Shown: piece after piece, positions 1 through 9,823 of the stretch
Layout of the letters: every line of letters starts with the position of its first letter
How positions within the stretch are numbered: position 1 is the first letter of the stretch
NCBI GenBank assembly: GCA_049967475.1
Contig: JBMFSQ010000002.1
Coordinates: 160,001-224,000 of the forward strand
Direction: 5' to 3'
Origin: Chthonomonadales bacterium
Lineage (GTDB): Bacteria > Armatimonadota > Chthonomonadetes > Chthonomonadales > CAJBBX01
DNA: 64,000 nt
Program-made: the position numbers and the translations under genes
The notes under the pieces: generated by a model
What the model was told of the DNA's origin: nothing
The model's database searches: none
The model's input: only the letters and a program-made list of their open reading frames with translations

Positions 1-1000
1 TTTGTCGGTCCAGCTTATGGCCGCGGAAGTCCTCGTAGGCAACTCCCGCACGTTCACTATCCAGTATGCCGAAGCTGCCGCGAAAATTCCACAGAGCCCA
101 TCCCCACCCGGCTTCTTTCCAAAGGCTCAAAACGTCGTGCATCCACCGCAGCACCACGTCATGGGGAGTACGGTTGAAGGCTCCGAACTCGCCCACCATG
201 ACCCCGACACCCTTGGCCTCGAGCTTCTTCCACGGTTCGATGAGGCGCTCGCGCATGGTGTCGCGGTTCCACTCGAAACCGTTTTGCCGCAAGGGATACT
301 CTGGCACCGGCCACTGGTCCGATCCGCCCACCCAACTCGCCCGATAGTGCGTAATCTGCATGGGCTGATATCCGCGTGTGGCCGTGGCCACCCCCAAGCC
401 AGCCAATTCGGTGGGCGGGACATTCCCCCATTCCCTCCCGTCGCAGATCACCAAGCGATGGGCATCATGGGCGCGGATGGCTTCCAACATGCGCTCAACG
501 GTGTCCCGATAGGCCGCAGGGCTCACCCCGGCGGGCTCGTTGAAGAGATTGAAGCTCAAGTTCCTGTTGGAAATGCCCAGGTAGCGCCGGGCGAACGTGG
601 ACCAATGCAGGGCGCAAACGCGCCGCGCCTCCTCATCGCGCCACACCGAAAGGGCTTCGGGAGGACTTGCCACGGTATACCCAGGAGCCCGGTGAAAATT
701 GAGGCACACATGGACGCTGTGCTTTCGACCGAATTCCACTGCCTCGTCAATCTCCTTGAGGGTGTCTTCGCGGATGCGCGTCCAATCGCTTCCCTCGATC
801 CAGCAGCGATAGTCCATGGGCAACCGAACGAAGTTGAAGCCCCATTCCGCGATCCAGGCAAAATCGCTCTCGCGGAAGCGGCTGTTGGAGTGGACCATGA
901 ACTTCTCGAGCAGGTTGAAGCCGCGCCAACGCGGTAGCTTGCGAGGAGACGGTTCAGGAAGCGATGGTGCAGCCTGAACCGATGCGTCCGGAATGGTCAT
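1..1000 (-). CDS. Glycoside hydrolase family 5 (cellulase-like), 3' end runs off the window
   Basis: Manual translation from ATG 1000 (GGGAG SD 8 nt upstream): MTIPD...RWRGFNLLEKF...WGFNFVRLPMDY...LNFHRAPGY...FNLFNEP (acid/base)...VMVGEFG (nucleophile)...GWALWNFRGSFG. Absent from the ORF track because it has no stop in the window. Confidence 0.9.
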   Translation of the reverse strand, partial: MTIPDASVQAAPSLPEPSPRKLPRWRGFNLLEKFMVHSNSRFRESDFAWIAEWGFNFVRLPMDYRCWIEGSDWTRIREDTLKEIDEAVEFGRKHSVHVCLNFHRAPGYTVASPPEALSVWRDEEARRVCALHWSTFARRYLGISNRNLSFNLFNEPAGVSPAAYRDTVERMLEAIRAHDAHRLVICDGREWGNVPPTELAGLGVATATRGYQPMQITHYRASWVGGSDQWPVPEYPLRQNGFEWNRDTMRERLIEPWKKLEAKGVGVMVGEFGAFNRTPHDVVLRWMHDVLSLWKEAGWGWALWNFRGSFGILDSERAGVAYEDFRGHKLDRQ

Positions 1001-1526
1001 GGAGATGGCTCCCATCCATCCTAATCGAAGCAGTTCTCTGCGCGTCATACCAGGGGCTCCCCAGGGCATGTTCTACCGCAGCACTCCTACTTCCCACGGG
1101 TCAATCTAGGCGGCATCTTGGGTGATGCTATATTTCATTGCGCCATCGGGAACGCAAATCCCTGCGCTGCATCAGGCGGCTAATGAACCCGACTATTCGC
1201 CGCCGTCAATCGTCGTAAAGGTGCGCCGGTAGGCACGCAATGCGCCCTACGCCTTCGTGTGGCTGAACGTTGGCAGTCCGGGTGCGTGCTGCCACCTTAC
1301 GGAGGAAGCCGCGCTTGGGCTAGGGCGTCGCTTCGCCCAGCCAAAAGAGCTTCCAGAGCAACGGCGTATCGAAGATCCTTAACACCCTACCGCACCATCT
1401 CCCACCGCAACGTCGGAATGCCGGAACATGCCGCTTCCGCTGCCGGCCACGTAGAGTTCTCGGCCGGCGCGGAGGCGGCTGAACGGGGTTCCCGGCGTTC
1501 CGCATGTGCGGCTAGAACCCCGAAGA

Positions 1527-2297
1527 TCAGATCATGCGAAGGCCGCACAGGAACAGCACGCCCGCCATGCACGGGCGGATCACACGGTCCGGCATGCGAA
1601 CGGCCAGCCGGCTCCCAAGGATCACGCCGGGGATGGCACCCAGCAAGAGGTTCCCAACGAGGTAGGCGTTCACATGCCCGGTGGAGGCGTTGGCCAGAGC
1701 CAAGGCGGAAGTGAGAAGCGCGGCGTGCTGGATATCGGTCCCCACCGTCTTCTTCGGGCTCAGGCCGAATACGTTCATGAGGGCTACGGCGAAAAGGGTT
1801 CCGGTGCCCACCGAGGTAGCGCCCACCAGAAAGCCCAAAAGCGCACCGATGGGAACGCACCATCGCAGGCTGCTGCGCGTGCGCTCGCCCTGCACGAAGC
1901 GCCCCCGGCCGCTTAGGATCCCCAAACTTTGCGCCAAGGTCAGGGCCGCCACCAGCACCAGAACAGCGCCCAAGAGACGGCTCACCATCATCTGGGCGCC
2001 ATCACCCAAGCGCATCTCCATAAAGTGGAGGCAGCCTACCCCAAGAAGCCCGCCCGGAATGCTGCCGATAGCCAGGCGGATCGCCAGTGTTGCATCTACA
2101 TTCCCCGCCCGCCGATGCTGGAAGGCTCCCACGAACTTCATTACAGCGGAGTATGCAAGGTCCGACCCCACGGCGACGGTAGGCCGAATGCCGGCAATGA
2201 GGATAAGTGCCGGCGTCATGAGAGAACCGCCGCCCATACCGGTGAGGCCAACGAGAACGCCCACCAACAACCCCGTGAGAGCATAGAGCGCGTTCAT
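1527..2297 (-). CDS. Sulfite exporter TauE/SafE family membrane protein
   Basis: GLTGMGGGSLMTP N-terminal motif, AVGSDL, internal repeat GATSVGTGT...VGTD, about 8 TM helices. ATG overlaps the sat stop (TGATG). Confidence 0.88.
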   Translation of the reverse strand: MNALYALTGLLVGVLVGLTGMGGGSLMTPALILIAGIRPTVAVGSDLAYSAVMKFVGAFQHRRAGNVDATLAIRLAIGSIPGGLLGVGCLHFMEMRLGDGAQMMVSRLLGAVLVLVAALTLAQSLGILSGRGRFVQGERTRSSLRWCVPIGALLGFLVGATSVGTGTLFAVALMNVFGLSPKKTVGTDIQHAALLTSALALANASTGHVNAYLVGNLLLGAIPGVILGSRLAVRMPDRVIRPCMAGVLFLCGLRMI

Positions 2298-3466
2298 CAC
2301 CCGTTTCCCTGCCCCCGCATGGCCTCGATCAGAACGCGGGCCACTTCCGGGCGTGTGAATTCAGCAGGCGGCATCTCGCCGGCTCGGAGCATCTCGCGGA
2401 CACGCGTACCGGAGAGGGACACCCGATCCTCGGGCCCATGCGGGCACGTTTTGGCGGAAGCCATGCCCTCACAGCGATTGCACCAGAAACTGTGCTCGAA
2501 CATCAGAGGAACGATGCCCACCTCCGCCGGATCCAGGCCGTAGAAGATCTCCTGGGCATCATAGGTGCCGTAGTAGCTGCCCACCCCTGCATGATCGCGC
2601 CCTACGATGAAATGGGTGCAGCCGTAGTTCTTGCGAACGAGAGCGTGGAATACTGCCTCCCGGGGGCCGGCATACCGCATGGCGGCCGGGTTCACCGAGA
2701 GCATTGCGCGATCCGTGGGATAGTAATTCTGAAGGAGTACCTCGTAGCACCGCATCCGCACATCCGCCGGAATGTCGTCACTCTTGGTCTCCCCCACAAG
2801 AGGATGAAGGAGAAGACCGTCCACGATCTCGAGAGCGCACTTCTGGATGTACTCATGGGCTCGATGGACTGGATTGCGCGTTTGAAACCCCACTACGGTG
2901 CGCCAATTGCGCTCGGCAAAGGCGCAGCGCGTCTGCCTCGGTGTAAGGTAGTATTCAGGAAACTCGGTGTGCGGGGGAAGCTGCATCACTTCCACGGAAC
3001 CGCCAAGCAGCCTGTCGCCCTGCGCGTAGAGAGCGGCTACGCCCGGATGCGCCGCATCAGTGGTCCTGTATACTTCTCGAGCCTCCTCTTCCTTGTCATA
3101 AGGGTAGATCTCCTCCAAATGGAGGATCGCCAACGGGGAGCCTTCGTCATCCGTGAGGGATACATCCGTCCCGGTGCGAAGGCGGCGGGCATCCTCTTCG
3201 CTTACGGCAAGGGTTATGGGGATGGGCCAGAGGACGCCCGATGCGAGGTGCATCTGGCGTACCACCTGCACGTAATCTTCCCTGCAGAGGAAGCCCGTAA
3301 GGGGGCTGGCTGCACCTGTGGCGATCAGCTCCAAGTCGCTGATCTGGCGACGGTTGAGGCGGATTGCCGGAAGGGTTTGCGCCAACTCCAGAAGAGAGCG
3401 GCGCACCTCCGCGGGCGTGAAGCGGTCTACAAGATTGCCGCCATGGGCGGCGATGGTTTCGCGCAT
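2297..3466 (-). CDS. sat: Sulfate adenylyltransferase (ATP sulfurylase)
   Basis: [33 protein letters not shown] and [10 protein letters not shown] motifs. Confidence 0.97.
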   Translation of the reverse strand: MRETIAAHGGNLVDRFTPAEVRRSLLELAQTLPAIRLNRRQISDLELIATGAASPLTGFLCREDYVQVVRQMHLASGVLWPIPITLAVSEEDARRLRTGTDVSLTDDEGSPLAILHLEEIYPYDKEEEAREVYRTTDAAHPGVAALYAQGDRLLGGSVEVMQLPPHTEFPEYYLTPRQTRCAFAERNWRTVVGFQTRNPVHRAHEYIQKCALEIVDGLLLHPLVGETKSDDIPADVRMRCYEVLLQNYYPTDRAMLSVNPAAMRYAGPREAVFHALVRKNYGCTHFIVGRDHAGVGSYYGTYDAQEIFYGLDPAEVGIVPLMFEHSFWCNRCEGMASAKTCPHGPEDRVSLSGTRVREMLRAGEMPPAEFTRPEVARVLIEAMRGQGNG

Positions 3467-3508
3467 GGGTCGTGCACCTCGGTACGTTTCCAGAAAGGCC
3501 TGAGGGAA

Positions 3509-3540
3509 ATACTTGACTATCTAACTATGTTTAGTCATAC
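3509..3540. promoter_or_regulatory. Putative repressor operator (TGACTA-N12-TAGTCA; Rrf2/IscR/CymR-like)
   Basis: AT-rich dyad ATACTTGACTATCTAACTATGTTTAGTCATAC immediately downstream of the predicted sat promoter. Confidence 0.55.
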
Positions 3541-3547
3541 ACTCTAC

Positions 3548-3576
3548 AGTGTACCCGCACCCATGCGCCGTGTCAA
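3548..3576 (-). promoter_or_regulatory. Sigma70 promoter of sat-tauE
   Basis: Minus strand TTGACA (3576-3571) -N17- TACACT (3553-3548). Confidence 0.75.
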
Positions 3577-3719
3577 CCCCGCACATGGCCTCAATTCAAA
3601 GACTGTCCCCTCCGTCACCGCGCCCAGAAGCACCCCGCATCCGCGCTCCCATGGATCGCTCGGCCGATCACGTACCCGGGCGACGCGTTCGCAATGCGTC
3701 CTCTTCCGCGGCGCGTTCC

Positions 3720-5648
3720 TTACACCTCGGCCAACACGCGCTCATCTCCCCGCCGCACGGTTATTCCGGAGCGATCCAGATACTCCAAAACCGCCAGCGC
3801 ATACCGGCGGCTCGTTGCCGAAGCGTCGCGCAGTTGCGCCACGGTAATGCTCCCGTGCTTGCGGATGAGTTCCTCCACCAGAAGCCGCGCGTGGTCGAGC
3901 CCCTCTCGGTGCGCATACAGTCCCTCACCCAAGCGCACCACGATCCCCTGCTCAACGAGGGCGCCGAGGACCGGAAGGATCGCCTCTGAGGCGGCGCCTG
4001 TAGCTTTGCGCATTTCGTCCAGCGTCGCCATACCGAGCTGGGCTTTCTTGAGCACGTCCTCCACCTTTTCTGCCAAGGCAGCCTGTTCCGACGTAAGGCG
4101 GATCGCAAAATCGGGCAGGCGAACGGCGGAGGCCGTCACTCTCAGCGTTCCAGCGTCGTGCCAATACTGGAGAAGGGCCGCGTAGCAGCGTGCATCCATA
4201 GTTCTGGCAAGGCTGACGCGGAGTTCTTGGCGAGACATGCCCGAGCGCAAAGGATGAGCTTCATGGTAAGCCGCCAAAATGCCGTGCACCCTGCGCCCGA
4301 GATCCGCTAGCACCTGGGAATGCACTACGAAATCCGGAGACAGGAACACGGCCTCGCCTGAGGCGGCAAGGTGATCCAGAGCATTTCGCACGGCCTCTTC
4401 CGGCGCGGCTACCCCTCGGGCGACTTCCGATACGGAGGTTCCCGCAGATTGCCGGCCCAACCAGTCGGCCACGATCTCCACCAGCGAACCTGCTTCCCTC
4501 AGGCGCAAGCTGGCCAAAGTCGCTGCGGGGCTTCGCCGCCCACGGGCAGGATCGGCATCCAACACGAGACCGCCACCCACAACCTCCATGGGAGAATACG
4601 TGCGCACTACGAACCGGTCGCCGCGCAGGACGGCCGTGTCCCGCTCGCAGCGCAGGCGCACATAGCCGGATGTCCCGGGCTCGATACGCCGAGCGCCCAG
4701 CACCTCCACTCTGGCCAAAACCTCCGCAGTGCCCAGGTAGAGGCGCACGCGCATACCCGTCTCCAGCGCTCTATAGGCCCGCCTGCCCGTGCGCAGCACG
4801 GACACAGGCCCGAGTACGCGAAGCGCCGCATCGAAAATGCGCACAGGCTTCAACAGCCCCGGTGCGGCCAGCACATCGCCCCGGCCCAAATCCTTCGCCT
4901 CTACGCCGGCCAGGTTCACTGCAGAGCGCATGCCCGCTTCCAACTGGTCCATCCGCTTGCCGTGGCTCTGGAGGCCTCGCACACGCACTGGGATCTGCTT
5001 GGGCATGATCTCGGCCGCATCCCCCACCTTCACAATACCGGCGCTAAGCGTACCGGTAACCACCGGTCCAAACCCGGGCATCGTGAATGCACGATCCACG
5101 GGCAGTCGAAATGGGGCAGCCGTGTCTTTGGGCTCCACTCGCTGAGCCGCTTGGGAAAGCGCTTCCACCAGATTGTCCAGCCCCCTCCCCGAAAGAGCAT
5201 CAACGCATAGGACGGGTGCCTCCGCCAAGGATGTGCCCTTCAAAAGGCCCCGAACCTCTTCTTCCACCAAGTGAAGCCATTCTGCGTCCACCAGATCTGC
5301 CTTCGTAAGAGCGGCAACACCGGCCCGCACCTGCAGAAGGTCCAGGATCTCCAGATGCTCGATGGTCTGGGGCATGATCCCTTCATCCGCGGCCACCACC
5401 AGGAGCGCTACGTCTATGCCCCCGGCGCCGGCCAGCATGTTTTTGAGGAAGCGCTCATGGCCGGGTACGTCCACAATGCCTGCAACCGTTCCATCGGTGA
5501 GCGTGAGGGAAGCGAAGCCCAGGTCAATCGTCATGCCCCGTTCTTGCTCTTCCTTGAGGCGATCTGGATCGGTCCCCGTGAGGGCACGAATGAGCGAGGA
5601 CTTGCCGTGGTCCACATGACCTGCGGTACCAATGATCACATGCTTCAT
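3720..5648 (-). CDS. selB: Selenocysteine-specific translation elongation factor
   Basis: MKHVIIGTAGHVDHGKS, ERGMTIDLGF, DVPGHERF, TKAD, and the C-terminal winged-helix SRRYALAVLEYLDRSGITVRRGDER. Start trimmed to ATG 5648. Confidence 0.96.
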   Translation of the reverse strand: MKHVIIGTAGHVDHGKSSLIRALTGTDPDRLKEEQERGMTIDLGFASLTLTDGTVAGIVDVPGHERFLKNMLAGAGGIDVALLVVAADEGIMPQTIEHLEILDLLQVRAGVAALTKADLVDAEWLHLVEEEVRGLLKGTSLAEAPVLCVDALSGRGLDNLVEALSQAAQRVEPKDTAAPFRLPVDRAFTMPGFGPVVTGTLSAGIVKVGDAAEIMPKQIPVRVRGLQSHGKRMDQLEAGMRSAVNLAGVEAKDLGRGDVLAAPGLLKPVRIFDAALRVLGPVSVLRTGRRAYRALETGMRVRLYLGTAEVLARVEVLGARRIEPGTSGYVRLRCERDTAVLRGDRFVVRTYSPMEVVGGGLVLDADPARGRRSPAATLASLRLREAGSLVEIVADWLGRQSAGTSVSEVARGVAAPEEAVRNALDHLAASGEAVFLSPDFVVHSQVLADLGRRVHGILAAYHEAHPLRSGMSRQELRVSLARTMDARCYAALLQYWHDAGTLRVTASAVRLPDFAIRLTSEQAALAEKVEDVLKKAQLGMATLDEMRKATGAASEAILPVLGALVEQGIVVRLGEGLYAHREGLDHARLLVEELIRKHGSITVAQLRDASATSRRYALAVLEYLDRSGITVRRGDERVLAEV

Positions 5649-5701
5649 GGGCGTCTTCCTGCTAAGGCATGCCGCTGACGATCCCCATGCCCGATGAGGT
5701 A

Positions 5702-5731
5702 ACTCTATCTGACGAAGCGATGCGCAGTCAA
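5702..5731 (-). promoter_or_regulatory. Putative sigma70 promoter of selB
   Basis: Minus strand TTGACT-N18-TAGAGT. Confidence 0.45.
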
Positions 5732-5757
5732 CCTTCCGTGGCGAAGGACGCCGAATA

Positions 5758-5786
5758 TTGACGCGTGTCCTGCAGCTAGGTATACT
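5758..5786 (+). promoter_or_regulatory. Sigma70 promoter of ogg-cysS
   Basis: TTGACG-N17-TATACT, ending 15 nt before ATG 5802. Confidence 0.7.
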
Positions 5787-5801
5787 CGGCGCAAAGCGCA
5801 G

Positions 5802-6713
5802 ATGTCCTCCAATCCCTTCCAATGGGCCTCGGTGCCCGAGCAGGTTTTGAACCTGGATCTCACGCTAAGTTCCGGTCAGGCCTTCCGGTGGCGGCGGAAG
5901 CCGAACGGGGAGTGGCTCGGGTCCATCGGCGGCATCGCCGTGCACCTCAAGCCGGGCCGGGAAGGCTTCTATTGGCGGACCCTGCCGGAACCCAACCGGT
6001 GGGATGTGATTGACCGGTATTTCGCCTTGGACGTAGACCTCCGGGCGCTCCAGTCTGAATGGATGACCAGGGAACCGCGCATGGAAGCCATTGTGCAGAG
6101 GTTTCCCGGCCTGCGCATACTGAGGCAGGATGGTGAGGAGGTCGTGTTTGCGTTCCTTTGTGCCTCGTGCAACACCATTGCGAAGATCACACGGACGATG
6201 CACTCCCTGGAATGCCGATACGGGGAGCCCATAGCCGAGGTTGACGGCGAAGTTCTATGGAGGTTCCCTTGCCCCTCCCGGCTGGCCGCCGCCAAGGAGG
6301 CAGACCTTCGGCAGATGCTGTGGGGCTTCCGCACTCAGAGCGTGCTTGCCGTAGCCCGCTTTCTGAGTGAAGCCGGGCGCAGATGGCTGAACGCGCTGGA
6401 ACGGCAAAGTTACCGGGAAGCCCGCGCCCAGCTTATGAAACTTCCGGGCGTGGGCCGCAAGATCGCCGATTGCATTTGCCTCTTCGCATTGGGTCATAAT
6501 GATGCAGTACCTGTGGATACGCATATCCGGAAAGTAGCGGTCGCCATGTTCGCACCTTGCCTTGCCGCCCGCAGCCTCACCACGCGCACCTACGAGGCTC
6601 TTGCCGATGCGGTGCGGGAACGCTTCGGCGCCTATGCAGGATGGGCCCAGCAATATCTCTTTTGCTATGCGCGGGCGGGCCACTCAGTCCCTACAATGAG
6701 GATGCATTCGTGA
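5802..6713 (+). CDS. ogg: 8-oxoguanine DNA glycosylase (OGG1-like, HhH-GPD)
   Basis: TLSSGQAFRW N-domain, GLRILRQD, HhH LPGVGRKIADC, PVDTHI, AGWAQQYLF. Confidence 0.88.
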   Translation: MSSNPFQWASVPEQVLNLDLTLSSGQAFRWRRKPNGEWLGSIGGIAVHLKPGREGFYWRTLPEPNRWDVIDRYFALDVDLRALQSEWMTREPRMEAIVQRFPGLRILRQDGEEVVFAFLCASCNTIAKITRTMHSLECRYGEPIAEVDGEVLWRFPCPSRLAAAKEADLRQMLWGFRTQSVLAVARFLSEAGRRWLNALERQSYREARAQLMKLPGVGRKIADCICLFALGHNDAVPVDTHIRKVAVAMFAPCLAARSLTTRTYEALADAVRERFGAYAGWAQQYLFCYARAGHSVPTMRMHS

Positions 6714-8125
6714 GCCAGCAACCTTTATACCTGTACAATACGATGAGCCGGACGAAGGAGGAATTCGTCCCGTTGAACCCCGGGCATGTAGGGATGTACT
6801 GCTGCGGGCCAACGGTATATAACTATCAACATATTGGGAATATGCGGGCCTATATCTTTGACGACACTCTTCGCCGCACCCTTCGATACAACGGCTTCCG
6901 CGTGACCCACGTAATGAACATCACAGACGTGGGGCACATGGAATCGGACGCGGACGAGGGTGAAGACAAAATGGAAAAGGGCGCAAGGCGGGAGGGCCTC
7001 TCACCTTGGGAGATTGCCCGCAAATATGAGGACGCCTTCTTTGCGGACACGCGGCGCCTCAACATCGAACGCCCCGAAGTCGTGTGCCGCGCCACGGAGC
7101 ATATCCCAGATATGATCGCGCTCATTCAAAGGATCTTGGAGCGCGGGTGTGCCTACATTACGCCCAATGCCGTGTATTTCGACACCTCTTCCTTCCCGCG
7201 CTACGCCGACCTCGCCAAGCTCGATCTAAGCGGCCAGCAGGCCGGCGCCGGCGGCCGGGTGGAAGTAACCGGAGAGAAGAGACACCCCAACGATTTCGTG
7301 CTCTGGTTTCTCAACCGGCCCAGGCACATTATGCAGTGGGATAGTCCGTGGGGCCGGGGATACCCGGGATGGCACATCGAGTGCTCCGCCATGAGCATGA
7401 AGTATCTTGGGGACACGCTGGACATCCATTGCGGCGGCGTGGACCACATTCCGGTGCATCACACCAACGAGATCGCCCAAAGCGAATGTGCCACCGGCAA
7501 AACATTCGTGCGGTACTGGCTCCACAACGAGTTCCTGATCATTGCCAAGAGCGATCTGGACGTCTCCCAAGACGCAGATACCGAAGCCGTTAAGATGGCC
7601 AAGAGCGGCGAGAATTTCATCACGCTTCAGACGCTGGTGGACCGGGGCTACGATCCCCTCGCGTACCGCTACCTGTGCTTGCAGGTGCACTACCGATCGG
7701 AACTGCGCTTCTCGTGGGAAGCTCTCACTGCCGCCCAAACCGGCCTCCGCCGCGTCTATTCCGTGCGGCCCGAACAAGATCCTTTGGCCGATGAAGCCCA
7801 ATTTCGCGACGCTCGTGCCGAGGCGCTGGCTGCTTTGAATGACGATCTTAATACGCCGCAACTCGTGGGCATTCTTAACAGATACGGCAGCTACCGCCTT
7901 TGGCGCGAGTTTGACGCCGTTCTGGGGCTGGACTTTGAGCGGCGCTCGCGCCCTGTTGACGAACCTCTCCCCCCTGAAGTACAGGCCCTGGTAGAAGAAC
8001 GGAACCTGGCCCGCAAGTCTAGGGACTGGGCCAAATCCGATGAGATACGCAATCGCCTCGTTGCCATGGGATACGAGGTAGGCGATAGTCCCTCCGGCAC
8101 TACGGTCCGCCGGAGGCCGGTGTAG
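6710..8125 (+). CDS. cysS: Cysteine--tRNA ligase
   Basis: YCCGPTVY, HIGN, PGWHIECSAM, HHTNE, KMAKS. GTG 6710 overlaps the ogg stop (GTGA). Confidence 0.96.
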   Translation: MSQQPLYLYNTMSRTKEEFVPLNPGHVGMYCCGPTVYNYQHIGNMRAYIFDDTLRRTLRYNGFRVTHVMNITDVGHMESDADEGEDKMEKGARREGLSPWEIARKYEDAFFADTRRLNIERPEVVCRATEHIPDMIALIQRILERGCAYITPNAVYFDTSSFPRYADLAKLDLSGQQAGAGGRVEVTGEKRHPNDFVLWFLNRPRHIMQWDSPWGRGYPGWHIECSAMSMKYLGDTLDIHCGGVDHIPVHHTNEIAQSECATGKTFVRYWLHNEFLIIAKSDLDVSQDADTEAVKMAKSGENFITLQTLVDRGYDPLAYRYLCLQVHYRSELRFSWEALTAAQTGLRRVYSVRPEQDPLADEAQFRDARAEALAALNDDLNTPQLVGILNRYGSYRLWREFDAVLGLDFERRSRPVDEPLPPEVQALVEERNLARKSRDWAKSDEIRNRLVAMGYEVGDSPSGTTVRRRPV

Positions 8126-8281
8126 GGAACGAGGATCCCCGCGTGTGTGGGTTGCTTGCTTACGGCGCCTGGGGTCGCAGCCCTGGTGCTGTAGGTCTAA
8201 CGGAACAGCGCAATTGAACACGGAGCCGAATAGCCGGCATACCCGGCGTTCTGATCCGATGCCGTTATCGAGGGTGCGGCT

Positions 8282-8849
8282 GTGCAGGTACCGCCGAAGC
8301 ATCCGTCTCCTGACGATGCCGCCCGCTTTGAAGCTTTGGTGCGCCAACATGAGGCCGCCATCCAGCGGGTTGCCTATCGTTATGTGCGGCAATCGAGAGG
8401 ATGCAGAAGACTTAATACAGGAGGCTCTGCTGGAAGCGTTTTCCGCCTTTGCGCGCTTCACCGAGGGGACGCACTTTGACCGCTGGGTGAGCCGCATCAT
8501 GCGCAACACCTACATAGACCGCGTTCGCGCACGGACTAGAGCGCGCATAGAACCGCTCGATGGAGCCTTCGACCACGCATCGGGCGAAGTAATCGAGCGG
8601 CACCTGGTAGATCCTTTGGCCAGCCCCGACGCCGCCCTCATGGATTCGACACTCGACGGGCCCATTCAAGAGGCGCTTCAAGCGCTCCCACCGGAATTCC
8701 GGATGGTAGTGGTGCTGGCCGATATTGAGGAACTTACCTATGAGGCAATCAGCCAGATGCTGCACGTGCCCATAGGTACCGTTCGCTCCCGGCTCCACCG
8801 CGGCCGAGCCATCCTCAAACAGAAGCTGCGCCAATACGTTCATCACTGA
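8282..8849 (+). pseudogene. ECF RNA polymerase sigma factor with a +1 frameshift at ~8381 (or a sequencing error)
   Basis: Frame A (8282) gives ...AARFEALVRQHEAAIQRVAYR and frame B continues MCGNREDAEDLIQEA...FDRWVSRIMRN...VPIGTVRSRLHRGR. The junction TAT CGT T ATG TGC has one extra T. Confidence 0.8.
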
Positions 8850-8866
8850 AGCAGGTACGGCCCATT

Positions 8867-9823
8867 ATGCCCTTAGCATCCAAGTGCGAGCTCAAGGTAT
8901 TCGCTGGGACGGCCAATCCCGAGTTGGCTCGCCGCGTGGCAGCCTGGCTTCAGATGCCGCTGGGAAGGCTGAGCGTTCTGCGCTTTGCCGACGGTGAAAC
9001 CAAAGTGAAGTTTGAGGAGAGCGTCCGCGGTTCCGATGCCTACGTGATTCAGCCCACGAGCCCGCCTGTAGACACACATCTCATGGAGCTGCTGATCTGC
9101 CTGGACGCCCTTCGTCGTGCTTCGGCTGCCCGAATAACCGCCGTGATCCCCTATTATGGGTATGCACGCCAGGAAAAGAAAGACGCTCCCCGAGAACCCA
9201 TTACTGCTAAGCTCGTCGCCGATCTCATCACGACCGCAGGAGCCGATCGGGTGATGTGCATGGATCTCCACGCCGACGCGATCCAGGGCTTCTTCAACAT
9301 CCCGGTGGATCACCTTACCGCCATCAATCTGTTCAGCCAGTACTTCGCGGGCCTTGGGCTCAGAGATATCGTGGTGGTGTCTCCAGACGAAGGACGTGTT
9401 AAAAAGACGCGCCGCGTGATGGCCGACTTGGGTGCGCCCCTTGCCGTAGGTTACAAACACCACCCGGGGCACGATGCCACAGAGATTACGCATCTGGCAG
9501 GCGACGTGTCAGGCCGCACCCCAGTCATCATCGAAGACATGATCACCAGTGGCTCCAGCGTGCTCCAGGCGGTAGACGCCCTCGTGGCCCACAAGTGCAA
9601 GCCTGAGATCTACGTGGCTTGCACGCACGGCATCTTCGCCGGAAACGCCGTGGAACGCCTGGCATCCCGTCCCGAGATCGCCCGCATCATCACTACAGAC
9701 ACTGTGCCCATCCCCCAAGAGAAGCTTCACCCGAAGATCGAAGTTCTCTCCGTGGCGCCTCTGTTCGGCGAAGCGATCCACCGGGCCAATCACGATCTTT
9801 CCATTACCTCTTTGTTCCACTAG
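8867..9823 (+). CDS. prs: Ribose-phosphate diphosphokinase family protein (divergent active-site motifs)
   Basis: FADGET, PYYGYARQEK, DLHADAIQGFF and VSPD are present. The catalytic loop (YKHH) and PRPP loop (EDMITSGSS) are non-canonical. Confidence 0.85.
   Translation: MPLASKCELKVFAGTANPELARRVAAWLQMPLGRLSVLRFADGETKVKFEESVRGSDAYVIQPTSPPVDTHLMELLICLDALRRASAARITAVIPYYGYARQEKKDAPREPITAKLVADLITTAGADRVMCMDLHADAIQGFFNIPVDHLTAINLFSQYFAGLGLRDIVVVSPDEGRVKKTRRVMADLGAPLAVGYKHHPGHDATEITHLAGDVSGRTPVIIEDMITSGSSVLQAVDALVAHKCKPEIYVACTHGIFAGNAVERLASRPEIARIITTDTVPIPQEKLHPKIEVLSVAPLFGEAIHRANHDLSITSLFH

Noticed and set aside
1120..1200. Fluoride riboswitch suggested by GCTAATGAACCC
   Set aside because: The 5' GGCGATGGxGTTCGCC element and pseudoknot partner are missing, and no plus-strand gene follows.
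1320..1505. 61-aa ORF downstream of tauE
   Set aside because: No SD, Arg/Pro-rich composition typical of non-coding GC-rich frames.
3560..3720. tRNA-Sec (selC) next to selB; a TTCAAA occurs at ~3595
   Set aside because: No acceptor stem, D-arm or GTTCGA T-loop could be built on either strand.
2438..3847. Long alternative ORFs (2438-3847+, 7226-8509-, 20310-21515+, 30577-31896-, 45573-46940+, 48754-49881+ and similar)
   Set aside because: Antisense shadows of well-supported genes in high-GC DNA, with no motifs.
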